This document shows, in pieces, positions 41,826-51,399 of a DNA stretch of 64,000 bases (within the stretch, counting starts at the first letter, position 1; each line of letters begins with the position of its first letter). The translations under genes were made by a program, and so were the position numbers. The stretch is from an uncultured Acidimicrobiia bacterium. Its GTDB lineage: Bacteria; Acidobacteriota; Terriglobia; Versatilivoradales; Versatilivoraceae. The notes under the pieces are model-generated. The model ran no database searches, was not told where the DNA came from, and saw nothing but the letters and a program-made list of their open reading frames with translations. The stretch spans positions 416,001-480,000 of the forward strand of contig CAWBAT010000005.1 in NCBI GenBank assembly GCA_963786955.1. Direction: 5' to 3'.

Positions 41826-44399
41826 TTAATGATTAAAGATAAATTCCTTGCTGGTCAGCATCGCCCAGGTAAAATCTTCCAATACTTGACGCTGCGCCTC
41901 AGGATCCTCGCTCTTCATGCTTTCCTTCATCGTCTTGAGAATTTCGATCTTCTCCGACTCACTCGGATACCGGCTGTAGGCGGCGAGATACAAATGCTCG
42001 ATAAAAGGGCCGATCGGAACATGATTCTTGATCGCATGATCCGTCATTCCGCCTTCAGCGGCCAGCTTCTTGTTCATCGTTTCGCCATTGATGACATGAA
42101 GGGCCTGACGAAGATTCGGCTGGGAGTCCCTCTCACATTCGCAGGTGGAAGCCCGCTGAGGTCTTCCAAAAACATCCAGGAAATAAGATGCGACCGAGGT
42201 GTCGGGAAGTTGGAGTGCCCGTGTTCCCAGCGGATAGCCCGTGAAATCGGTTGGTGAACCGGTCACCTGCGACACGGCATCCAGGATGACTTCAGCGGAA
42301 AGGCGCTTCGACAAATAATGGGAGCCGTAGCGATCATCATTTTGATTGCTGGGGTTTGTTTTCCAAGAGCGTTGATAGGTCGCTGAATTCATAATCGTCC
42401 CGGCCAGGGATCTGACGTCGTAGCCATGAGCCACGAAATCTTGGACTAACGCGTCCATCAAAGGTTCATTGGAAGCGGGATTGGTTGAGCGGATATCATC
42501 CACCGGGCTTGCAAGACCCCGCCCCATGAAATTGGCCCAGACCCGGTTCACAATAGTCCTGGCAAAGGCTGGATTGTCCGGCGACGTCAGCCACTTGGCC
42601 AGATGCTCCCGACGCTCATGGGACGAATCCAACGAGATTTCCTTTCCATCCAGCGGCGCGGGGGGTAGTGCCCGGTTCAGGCGAGGATGAATAATATCCC
42701 CGGAGATGTCGTCATAGACAATGATTTCTCCCGGCACATCCCCATTTTTCTGACGCACCCGGGCAAAGAGATTGGCCATCTTAAAATAATCGACCTGGGT
42801 CCATTTTTCCAAAGGGTGGTTGTGGCAGCGGGCACAGGTTAATCGTAGACCCATGAATGCCACCGTGGTGTTCTCAGTAAGGCTGATCGGGTCCTTATGG
42901 AGCTGATAGTAATTCAGGGCTCCGTCTTCCCGGCTGCTGCCCGTTGAAACTAGCAATTCCTGAACCATTTTGTCCCATGGCTTGTTCTGTTTGACACAAT
43001 CTCGGATCCATTCGTAGAACCAGCGAACAGCAGAAGGGTTGACTTTCTTGTTCCCGCCGATGGCCTTATTGTCTGACAAGACCAGAAGATCCGACCATTT
43101 GTACGCCCAATAGTCGGCATAAGCATCTGAATGAAGCAACTGGTCAATCAGTTTTTGGCGTTTGTCGACGTCCTGACTGGCCAAAAACGCTTGGACTTGA
43201 CTCACGGTGGGGAGTGTTCCTGTCGCATCTAATGAGGCCCGGCGAATGAATTCCCCGTCGGTTGACGGGCCAGAAGGTTCAAGGTTCAGGGATGCCAGCT
43301 TTAGAAGAACCCATTCGTCGATGTAGTTATTTTTCAAAGCCCGGCTGAATACAGAAGGGTCGATCGGGTTCGGGTACGGGACCATCAAAGTAGCGAGCGC
43401 CACTTTGCTTAAGAACATGGCGGTAATCGAGGCTTCCCCGTAACCCTTGAGCTCGACCAGTCCGCGTTCATCAACCACAGCCGTACTTGAATTCGTGGTC
43501 TCGAAGCGTGCCCATCGGGTCACGTCTTCGATAGTCCCATCGTTAAAATAAGCATTGACGATGAGTTGCTGCCTGGCCCCCAAACGCAGTTTCGCCAGCG
43601 AGGGTTGCATGCCGATCTTCTGGATACGGCGATCTCCGGGTTGGGGAGGACGCGTGCCTTCTGAAATCCACTGCGACAAAATCTGGTACTCGACAGAATC
43701 CGGTCCAAACCGTCTCCCTCCGCCGTGAGGAACGTTTAATGTCGCTTTCAAGAGGGCGAGGCTCCTCCCGGGCTCTTGCGTCGAAACGCGCCGCCCTTCC
43801 GACTCCCGGGTGAGTACCAGGTAGTCCATCTCGGGATCAAATCCACGCAGGGTCAGTTTGAATCCGTTTTTGCCGGCGGCCGCTCCATGACAGGCGCCCA
43901 TGTTACACCCTGATTTAGTCAAAACCGGCATCACGTGATTCCGGAAACTCCACTCCGGCGTATTCTCAATGTCTTTCGTCAAAACATCGGCCGCCGTTGT
44001 GAGTCCTTCAAATTCCGCATTCAACACGGCCGTCCCGCTGCCTACGGGCACAAGGATGTTGGAATCCACCCGGATAATGCCTGAGTGATCCGGTACGATT
44101 TTCGATTTTGAAGTGATGTCCTCAGAGTATCCGTCGGCATAATACGCTTGCACAACAATCTGTTGCCTCGCCCGCTGGCCTGAAAGAGAAATGGTTTCAG
44201 GGTAGATACGAATTTTCTCGGCTAAGGGCAGCTGGTTGACCGCTTTTGTTGCGGCAACAGTGACATCCCCCCAGGCCGCAAAAGTGAGCAGAAGAAAAAC
44301 CAGGAGGAATTGAACGCGGTTACCCTGTCGCACCCGGAACCTTGCAGCCATCTGCTCCCGCCCTCCAGCGCTCCATAAGATTAATTTCAAGGGTTTCAT
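41826..44399 (-). CDS. DUF1549/DUF1553 domain protein with Ig-like domains
   Basis: GCNMGACHG, FIRRASLD, CARCHNHP, VNRVWANFMGRG, FGRPQR...CECER, KEFIFNH. Confidence 0.9.
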   Translation of the reverse strand: MKPLKLILWSAGGREQMAARFRVRQGNRVQFLLVFLLLTFAAWGDVTVAATKAVNQLPLAEKIRIYPETISLSGQRARQQIVVQAYYADGYSEDITSKSKIVPDHSGIIRVDSNILVPVGSGTAVLNAEFEGLTTAADVLTKDIENTPEWSFRNHVMPVLTKSGCNMGACHGAAAGKNGFKLTLRGFDPEMDYLVLTRESEGRRVSTQEPGRSLALLKATLNVPHGGGRRFGPDSVEYQILSQWISEGTRPPQPGDRRIQKIGMQPSLAKLRLGARQQLIVNAYFNDGTIEDVTRWARFETTNSSTAVVDERGLVELKGYGEASITAMFLSKVALATLMVPYPNPIDPSVFSRALKNNYIDEWVLLKLASLNLEPSGPSTDGEFIRRASLDATGTLPTVSQVQAFLASQDVDKRQKLIDQLLHSDAYADYWAYKWSDLLVLSDNKAIGGNKKVNPSAVRWFYEWIRDCVKQNKPWDKMVQELLVSTGSSREDGALNYYQLHKDPISLTENTTVAFMGLRLTCARCHNHPLEKWTQVDYFKMANLFARVRQKNGDVPGEIIVYDDISGDIIHPRLNRALPPAPLDGKEISLDSSHERREHLAKWLTSPDNPAFARTIVNRVWANFMGRGLASPVDDIRSTNPASNEPLMDALVQDFVAHGYDVRSLAGTIMNSATYQRSWKTNPSNQNDDRYGSHYLSKRLSAEVILDAVSQVTGSPTDFTGYPLGTRALQLPDTSVASYFLDVFGRPQRASTCECERDSQPNLRQALHVINGETMNKKLAAEGGMTDHAIKNHVPIGPFIEHLYLAAYSRYPSESEKIEILKTMKESMKSEDPEAQRQVLEDFTWAMLTSKEFIFNH

Positions 44400-44583
44400 C
44401 CCTCACGCCTTTCCATTGACCAATCCTTCCGGGAACCACCCAGCCTTCGAATCTTGGACCAGAAGAGAAACTGCGTCTCGATTTTCAGCAGCCTCAGGTT
44501 CAGAAAGGCAGGTCTGCGCTCCGAGATTCTTGAAACTGTCGTCGGAATGGGGCCTCTCAAAAATGGTGTCGGGTGAATGGTTC

Positions 44584-45960
44584 TTACGCAAACAACTCTT
44601 TGATAGGTTTGGCGTTCCCATCGACAAGTGGAACGATCCGTCCTAGCTGAGCAGGAAGAAACGTTTCCAACTCCAATCCCATCATGGTGTAAATCGTCGC
44701 CGCAACTTCTGCGGGGCTTACGGGGCGATCCTTTGGAGTTCCACCGATCGCGTCAGAAGAACCGATGACCTGCCCGCCTTTGATCCCTCCCCCAGCAAAA
44801 ATCGCCGTCCAGCAGCCCGGCCAGTGGTCGCGGCCCCCTGCGGGGTTTACTTTAGGAGTTCGTCCAAACTCACCGGTTGCAATGATCAGAGTGGTATCCA
44901 GCAAACCCCGCTGCTCCAAATCCTCGATGAGCGATGTAAATGCAAAATCAAACATGGGGCCGATCAGGTCCCGATAGCAACTGATGGGACTGAATGGGCG
45001 CGACCCATGAATATCCCAGGTCGTTTCGTCAAACACCGTCTCAAACATATTGACGGTAACATACCGAACTCCCGCTTCTATAAGCCTCCGAGCCAACAAA
45101 CAGCTTTGGCCAAATCGGTTCCGCCCAAACCGGTCCCGGGTTTTATCCGATTCCTTGTCCAACTCAAAAGCTTCACGAGCCTTTTGGGAAGTCATCAATC
45201 CATAGGCTTGATTAAAGGTTGAATCATACAACCGGCCATCCGGAAGTGACTCCAGTCCACTAACCGACTGGTCCACCATTGCGCGCCAATTCTTTCTTCG
45301 ATCAGTCCTCAACGCAGTAATCGTGTCAGGCGGGAGCAGATCGGGAACTTTGAAATTGGGGTCTGATGGATCGGCATTCAGCACAAATGGATCATAAGTC
45401 TTGCCCAAGAAACCCGCATCTTGTCCATGTGGGAGTCCCCCGCCTGTGTTTCCGATCGGCCGGGGGAGCAACACGAAGGGAGGAACCGCGCCACGCCCTC
45501 CTTTCTTGTAGGCCATCACAGAACCAAAATTGGGCGAGGTTACCCCTCCTTGAAACAGGCGGCCGGTCTGCATGATCTGGTGGCCAATGTCATGGACTGC
45601 CGCATGGGGGTGGTACAGACTTCGGATTAAGGCATACTTATCCGCGATCTTCGCCATCTGCGGAAAGATTTCACAAATTTCTACGCCCGACACATTGGTC
45701 TTGATCGGTTTGTACGGTCCACGTATCTCTGACGGGGCCTCAGGCTTCATGTCCCACGTGTCCAACTGGCTGGGTCCGCCGACCAGAAAGAGCTGAATGA
45801 TGTTGAGCCCTTTGTCTTCTGGAACTGCGCCTTGCGCCTTCAGGGCAAACAGGTTCGTCAATCCAAACCCAAGCATCCCAAGAGACCCGGCATGAAGGAA
45901 GTCCCGTCTTCTGAAGCCATCACAAAATTGAACAGACTTGTCGGCATCCAGGCGAATCAT
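44584..45960 (-). CDS. DUF1501 domain protein (Tat signal)
   Basis: RRRDFLHAG, GGPSQLDTWDMKP, CLLARRLIEAGVR, WDIH, GEFGRTP, GRDHW. Confidence 0.92.
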   Translation of the reverse strand: MIRLDADKSVQFCDGFRRRDFLHAGSLGMLGFGLTNLFALKAQGAVPEDKGLNIIQLFLVGGPSQLDTWDMKPEAPSEIRGPYKPIKTNVSGVEICEIFPQMAKIADKYALIRSLYHPHAAVHDIGHQIMQTGRLFQGGVTSPNFGSVMAYKKGGRGAVPPFVLLPRPIGNTGGGLPHGQDAGFLGKTYDPFVLNADPSDPNFKVPDLLPPDTITALRTDRRKNWRAMVDQSVSGLESLPDGRLYDSTFNQAYGLMTSQKAREAFELDKESDKTRDRFGRNRFGQSCLLARRLIEAGVRYVTVNMFETVFDETTWDIHGSRPFSPISCYRDLIGPMFDFAFTSLIEDLEQRGLLDTTLIIATGEFGRTPKVNPAGGRDHWPGCWTAIFAGGGIKGGQVIGSSDAIGGTPKDRPVSPAEVAATIYTMMGLELETFLPAQLGRIVPLVDGNAKPIKELFA

Positions 45961-46132
45961 TCTCTACCCTCCCTCAAATTCCGGGACAGTGTACAAATCT
46001 CTCTGAGGTTTTATTCCAATCTCTATTATAAGACCTTCGGCAAGCAGGCGGCTAATCGTTTTTGTAACGTCGTGCATAAAGAGGAGGGGCATTCCCGCGG
46101 CATTACGCACGGGTAGGGCTCGTCGGACTATG

Positions 46133-47092
46133 TTAGCCGTGCACTTTTTTGATATTCAGTGGATGCTCTGCAATGAAACGAACCGCCTCACCAAATTCAA
46201 AGACACCTGCCGTGCATCCCAGGGAGCGCGTACAAGAGGCACCGACTGCGCTCGCAAATTGAAGTGTCTTCTCTACCGGCCATCCCTCCAGCAGTCCCGT
46301 GATAAATCCGGCGTCAAAAGCATCCCCGGCCCCAGAACCATCAACGGAATTCATGAGGTAGATCCCGGATTGAATCACCTCATCTTTGTGTCTGACCAGC
46401 GCGCCCCTGGATCCCTGTGTGATCACTATCGTGCAATCCGGATTCATCGAACTCAACCGGGCGGCTTGCTCAAACGCATCTTTCTGGCCCGTCAAGGCAA
46501 AGGCTTCGTCGTCATTCGGCAAAAAGAGGTCGGTATACCGGAGCATCTTTTTCACATCATCCTGTGAGACCGCAACTCCAGAGGGCACCACCACATCGAG
46601 CACAGTCAGCATCGACCTTTTCTTGGCTTCCTGGAAAAGTTTCAGCAGATCTTCGATGCCAAACTGTGGCATCAATAAGTATCCACCCAGATAGACGATC
46701 CGCCCGCCATCCAGGGCTGCACAATCAATATCTGCGAACGAGAAGTCGGCATTCGCGCCAAAGTAATGGATATACCGGCGATCCTGGCCCTTTACATTAA
46801 GAATAAATGTGCCAGAAGTGGGATGGTGAGCGGAACGCGACAATCCGGAACTGTCGACGCCGAATCGTTGGAGGTCCCGGGCAATGAAATCGCCAAAGAG
46901 GTCGTCCCCAACCTTGCCCAAGACCTTCACTTTTTTTCCGAGCCGCGACAAATCGACTGCAGTGTTGGCGGCACATCCTCCTACATTCAGCAGAAACCGG
47001 TCCGTCAGTTTGACTTGCCCTGCTGCCGGGATGGCATCGACTGGGCTGGCAATGATGTCCGCAACGAGAATTCCCACACAGACCACGTCCAT
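46133..47092 (-). CDS. PfkB-family carbohydrate kinase
   Basis: GGCAANTA, GKVGDDLFG, PNDDEA, DGSGAGDAFDAG. Confidence 0.92.
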   Translation of the reverse strand: MDVVCVGILVADIIASPVDAIPAAGQVKLTDRFLLNVGGCAANTAVDLSRLGKKVKVLGKVGDDLFGDFIARDLQRFGVDSSGLSRSAHHPTSGTFILNVKGQDRRYIHYFGANADFSFADIDCAALDGGRIVYLGGYLLMPQFGIEDLLKLFQEAKKRSMLTVLDVVVPSGVAVSQDDVKKMLRYTDLFLPNDDEAFALTGQKDAFEQAARLSSMNPDCTIVITQGSRGALVRHKDEVIQSGIYLMNSVDGSGAGDAFDAGFITGLLEGWPVEKTLQFASAVGASCTRSLGCTAGVFEFGEAVRFIAEHPLNIKKVHG

Positions 47093-47114
47093 TCAGTCAA
47101 CTCTCCATGCTTCA

Positions 47115-47983
47115 ATCAGCGTGTATCCACGTTCATCCGCAGCTTTCCAATTTCATACTCCCACAGATAACACAGATTATCGCTGATTCCCTTTCAGCTG
47201 TTATCAAAGTCTACCCTCTTCAATTCAGGGTTTGGGCCAAAAATTCATCAGCAAAGCTATTTTTAAACTTGTGGCTCGGAGTTTTTTCTTGATCTGTGCA
47301 TCATGCATCGAATTCAACACCTTCGAAGCCCTCACTTCTAAGATGACTGCAGTTCTCCATAACCAAATCAGCCTTGTTGCCTATCCAGGTTCCCAACCAA
47401 ACCAGATCGGTTATCTATCAATAATCTAATCCGCGTATATCGGCGTTCATCCGCGGCCCTCAATTTAAAATTTGCCATACATCAACGCAGATTGAGCTTT
47501 CGGCTATTATCGAAAACGAGCCTCTTAAATTGGGCTTGCGGACCGAAGTTCAGTAATAACCCGATTTCGATTGATGTCGCCCGAAGATAGTTGAGTAGCT
47601 GTGCTTCATGAGTTCCATCAAGAGCTCTGGCCGCTTTTATTTCCACGATGACAACCCGTTCAACAACGATGTCTGCCCGGTAATCACCGACCTGTGTTTT
47701 TCGGAACCAGACAGGAACAGGCACCTGCCTTTCTATCTTGACTCCTGCCGCTGTTAATGCGATCGACAAGGCATTTTCATACACAGCTTCCAGAAATCCA
47801 CAACCCAATTCATTATAGACTTCATAGAAAGCTCCAAGAATCTTCTCGGTCAACTCTCCATGCTTCAATCCGCTTTGATTGGCATTCATCCGCAGCCGTT
47901 TTCACTGAGCCGCAGATTCGCACGGATTATCACCGATGACCTATGAGATTCTCTATCCGCGTGTGTCCGTGTTTATCCGTGGC
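47115..47983. repeat. 29-bp (3x10-bp subunit) repeats around the GxxExxY gene
   Basis: Consensus ATCnGCGnnnATCnGYGTTCATCCGYRGC. Forward copies 47115-47143, 47429-47457, 47868-47896, 47955-47983; reverse copies 47161-47187, 47909-47937; partial copy at 47481. Confidence 0.8.
47482..47889 (-). CDS. GxxExxY protein (PD-(D/E)XK nuclease-like)
   Basis: LGCGFLEAVYENAL (GxxExxY); RADIVVE..VIVEIK; HEAQLLNYL; GLLLNFG. Confidence 0.93.
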   Translation of the reverse strand: MNANQSGLKHGELTEKILGAFYEVYNELGCGFLEAVYENALSIALTAAGVKIERQVPVPVWFRKTQVGDYRADIVVERVVIVEIKAARALDGTHEAQLLNYLRATSIEIGLLLNFGPQAQFKRLVFDNSRKLNLR

Positions 47984-47994
47984 TGAATAGTCTT

Positions 47995-49053
47995 TTACGA
48001 AGCGATTTGCTTCACCGTTTCAATAATTCGCTCCACCGACGGGATGTAATAGTTCTCCATCACCGGCGCAAACGGCACAGGCGTGTCAGGAGCCGCTACC
48101 CGCTTAATAGGCCCCTGCAAAAAGCCAATGCAGGAATCAGCGACTCTGGCGGCTACTTCAGCGCCCCATCCCCCCGTCAAATTATCTTCTTCGACAATCA
48201 CTAGCCGGCCCGTCTTGCCAACTGAATCAAAAAGCGTCTGCCAATCAAAAGGGACCAGAGTGCGGACGTCGATGACTTCAGCTTCAATCCCCGCTTCTCC
48301 CAAAGACTTCGCTGCCAACAGAGACTTATGCACCATGAGAAGGTTTGCCACGATGGTGACATCGGCCCCCTCTCTTAAGATTTTGGCCTGTCCAAAAGGA
48401 ATCAGATATTCTTCTTCAGGGACAACGCCCAGCACATCAATGCCGCCGGACTCTTTCCGGGATCCTTTGCTGCCGTAAAGCAGTTTATGCTCAAAGAAGA
48501 TCACCGGATCCTCCATGCGAATCGCCGTTTTCAGCAGGCCCTTGGCGTCGTATGGAGTTGAAGGGCAGGCCACCTTGAGTCCCGGCACATGCGTGAAGAA
48601 TGCTTCCAATGACTGCCCATGTTGCGCGCCACGCGTCGTGGCTCCCACGGGGGCTCGCATGACCATCGGAACGGTCAGTTTACCTCCCGACATATAACGA
48701 AACTTGGCGGCGTGGTTCGCGAGTTGATCCATAGCCAAATACAAGAAATCGGCATATTGAACGTCTGCAACGGGGCGTAACCCACCAAGAGCGGCTCCCG
48801 TAGCAATTCCCGCGATCGCAGCCTCCGAGATAGGAGTATCCAAGACGCGGTGGGATCCAAATTCGTCTGACAATCCCAAGGTTACGGTAAATGCTCCTCC
48901 GAATCCCCCTTTGATCCCGATATCCTCTCCTAACAAGATGACCCGTTCGTCACGCCGCATTTCTTCGCGCAATGCCTCGCGGAGGGCTTCAACAATCGTG
49001 AGTCGGCGGGTTTGCTGCTCAACCCCTGAAGGGACCTTATTCAACGTAGACAT
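47995..49053 (-). CDS. 2-oxoacid/acetoin dehydrogenase E1 beta subunit
   Basis: LLGEDIG, DTPISEAAIAG, AQHGQS, DAKGLLKTAI, EVIDVRTLVPFD. Confidence 0.92.
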   Translation of the reverse strand: MSTLNKVPSGVEQQTRRLTIVEALREALREEMRRDERVILLGEDIGIKGGFGGAFTVTLGLSDEFGSHRVLDTPISEAAIAGIATGAALGGLRPVADVQYADFLYLAMDQLANHAAKFRYMSGGKLTVPMVMRAPVGATTRGAQHGQSLEAFFTHVPGLKVACPSTPYDAKGLLKTAIRMEDPVIFFEHKLLYGSKGSRKESGGIDVLGVVPEEEYLIPFGQAKILREGADVTIVANLLMVHKSLLAAKSLGEAGIEAEVIDVRTLVPFDWQTLFDSVGKTGRLVIVEEDNLTGGWGAEVAARVADSCIGFLQGPIKRVAAPDTPVPFAPVMENYYIPSVERIIETVKQIAS

Positions 49054-50008
49054 CGGTAAGACAATCCTCCGGTTGTGGACTTGGACTGGATTCTGAATAC
49101 GTGACTGCTTCGTCTAGCTCTCGATCAACCGCCGACCGAACTTCCTGGATCGTGGCGGGCGTCAACAGCCCTGTGGCAAGGTATTTCGTCTCAAAGAGGA
49201 GGATCGGATCCCGCTTTCTCCATTCCTCAAGTTCATTTTTGGCCCGATAATTTCCCGGATCACTGCGGGAATGCCCGGAGAACCGGTAGGTTTCCAACTC
49301 CAGCAACGTCGGCCCTAAACCAGACCGCGCCCGTTGGGCCGCCGCGCGAGTTGCGGCATAAACGACTTCAATATCGTTTCCGTCGATGGTTTCCCCCGGA
49401 ATTCCATAGGCCGCTGCACGTTGGCTTACTTTCGGGACACGCATGACCTGGCTGATGGGAGTCGAAGCGCCATATTTATTGTTTTCACAAACGAAAAGGA
49501 CCGGCAGATCCCAAATAGCCGCGCAGTTGATGCCTTCATGAAATGCTCCCTCATTGGCGGCGCCATCTCCAAAGAAACAGGCAACTACATTGGCTTTCTT
49601 GAGATATTTAAACGAAAGGGCATACCCCGTAGCTACGGGGATCCCTCCACCCACAATCGCAATTGCCGGGAGCATGCCATAGTCGGCATCCCCCATATGC
49701 ATGGACCCTCCCTTGCCCGCGCAGCATCCCGTTGACTTGGCGAACAATTCGGCCATCAAAGAGTTTACTGGAATCCCCCGTGCCACGGCGTGCTCATGGG
49801 GTCTGTGGGTACTGGTCAACATGTCGCCGGGTTCGAGCGCTTCACAAACTCCAACGGCACAGGCTTCCTGCCCCACAGCCTGATGGATCGTTCCTGGCAT
49901 CCTGCCTTGCAGAAAAAGGGAGTTGACCCGCTCTTCAAACCGGCGGCACAACACCATCTTCCGGTAAATCACAAGCTTCTGTTGGTCTGTCAAAACGCCT
50001 TTGTTCAT
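49037..50008 (-). CDS. 2-oxoacid/acetoin dehydrogenase E1 alpha subunit
   Basis: GQEACAVG, GKGGSMH, TPP motif FGDGAANEG...CENN, YRFSGHSRSD. Confidence 0.92.
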   Translation of the reverse strand: MNKGVLTDQQKLVIYRKMVLCRRFEERVNSLFLQGRMPGTIHQAVGQEACAVGVCEALEPGDMLTSTHRPHEHAVARGIPVNSLMAELFAKSTGCCAGKGGSMHMGDADYGMLPAIAIVGGGIPVATGYALSFKYLKKANVVACFFGDGAANEGAFHEGINCAAIWDLPVLFVCENNKYGASTPISQVMRVPKVSQRAAAYGIPGETIDGNDIEVVYAATRAAAQRARSGLGPTLLELETYRFSGHSRSDPGNYRAKNELEEWRKRDPILLFETKYLATGLLTPATIQEVRSAVDRELDEAVTYSESSPSPQPEDCLTDVYVE

Positions 50009-51159
50009 AATGAGTTTAAGTGCACCTGAATCCTTTCCAGAAATTTTGCAGCAGCAATCCCATCCGCGACCCGGTGGTCAACCGAGAGGGTCAAACTGCA
50101 AATCTTGGCCACCTCGGGACGCCCTTCCTTAAGTATCACTTGATCACGGACTGAACCAATAGCCAAAACAGCTGTACACCCCGGAGGAATAATAGCAGCA
50201 AATTCTTTGACACGGTACATCCCGAGATTGGAAATGGCCAGCAAAGGCGCTGGTCCACCTTGGCCGGCGATTTTTCCGGCCCGCGCGGAATCGAGAACGA
50301 TTCGCATCTCGCGCAAAAATTTTTCCCAAGTAGAGCGAGAAGGATCCGGGACGGGAACGAGATTCAACTTTCCTTCGGTTGAAACCACCAGCAGCACATC
50401 CCCGGAAGACCGTTGATCGTACTTCCCTTCTTTCAAGGAAATATTGATCTGCGGGCTTTCAGAAAACGCCCTAGAGGCCGCTCGAACAAAGAGATCGTTA
50501 AATGAGGCTCGAAGGTTGGGATGGGCGCTATTCCACTGCTGACGCCAGGTTATAGCCGCTCCCACATCGACTTCGACCGTAACGTAGAAATGAGGAATGG
50601 TAGCCTTACTCCTTGCCGTGAGGGCCGCCATCGCGGACAGTGCCGCTGTCTCAAGTGAAAGGGTCTTCGGGACGCTTTGGGGGAACTCGGGTCCTCCCGC
50701 GTACCCTTGCACGTCTTTCACCGTGATCAATCCATTGGGGCCTGACCCGTTGACCTGCTTGAGGTCAACCCCTAATTCTTTTGCCAGTGTTCGGGCCGCC
50801 GGTACGGCAGCCAATGCTGCACCGGCCTTCACCGGAACAGCCTTCTCGGCTTTGAGGGGCTGGGCTCCCTTGAGTAGAGTTTCTGGTGCCGCAACTGGGA
50901 TTTCCTCGAAAGCCTCCCCTGCAGTATCCGTGAGCACGGCGATGGGGTCCTTCGCGGTTGCCATCTGCCCTTCCTCGACCAGAGTGGCACGAAGATAGCC
51001 TCCCACATAGGCCTCCACATCCATGGTTGCCTTATCCGTCTCCACCTCGACCAGCGGTTCCCCGGCGGAAACAAGGTCCCCTGGTTTCTTGTGCCATTTC
51101 AGGATCTTGGCCTCGCTGGTCGTTTGACCCAAATCCGGCAGGATGATGATATGTTTCAT
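50005..51159 (-). CDS. Dihydrolipoamide acyltransferase (E2)
   Basis: Lipoyl motif VETDKA, E3-binding GSGPNGLIT..DV, catalytic DHRVADG. Confidence 0.9.
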   Translation of the reverse strand: MKHIIILPDLGQTTSEAKILKWHKKPGDLVSAGEPLVEVETDKATMDVEAYVGGYLRATLVEEGQMATAKDPIAVLTDTAGEAFEEIPVAAPETLLKGAQPLKAEKAVPVKAGAALAAVPAARTLAKELGVDLKQVNGSGPNGLITVKDVQGYAGGPEFPQSVPKTLSLETAALSAMAALTARSKATIPHFYVTVEVDVGAAITWRQQWNSAHPNLRASFNDLFVRAASRAFSESPQINISLKEGKYDQRSSGDVLLVVSTEGKLNLVPVPDPSRSTWEKFLREMRIVLDSARAGKIAGQGGPAPLLAISNLGMYRVKEFAAIIPPGCTAVLAIGSVRDQVILKEGRPEVAKICSLTLSVDHRVADGIAAAKFLERIQVHLNSL

Positions 51160-51230
51160 GGATTTTGTTCAGTAATTTCCAATCACAAGCCCTATTCGAC
51201 GTGGTTCAATTCTAATCGGATCATGTCCGT

Positions 51231-51369
51231 TCATCATTGTTCATCGTTCATTTTCCATTTTTCATTTTCGACTGATTTTCAGCATGTGTTCTTTTGCCAT
51301 AATGTGTCGTCGTGATTTGGTCATCCAAATGACCAATGAGAAATGACAATTGGACAATGATAAATGAAA
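51231..51369. repeat. Inverted arrays of 7-bp tandem repeats (TCATnnn ... AATGAnn)
   Basis: Left arm TCATcgt TCATttt CCATttt TCATttt; right arm AATGAcc AATGAga AATGAca ATTGGac AATGAta AATGAaa. Confidence 0.65.
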
Positions 51370-51399
51370 GGTATTTCCGTGCCCACCGTGGTATTGGCA

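Noticed and set aside
40967-42257. Long plus-strand ORFs (194 and 226 aa)
   Set aside because: Antisense shadows of well-supported minus-strand genes; no recognisable motifs.
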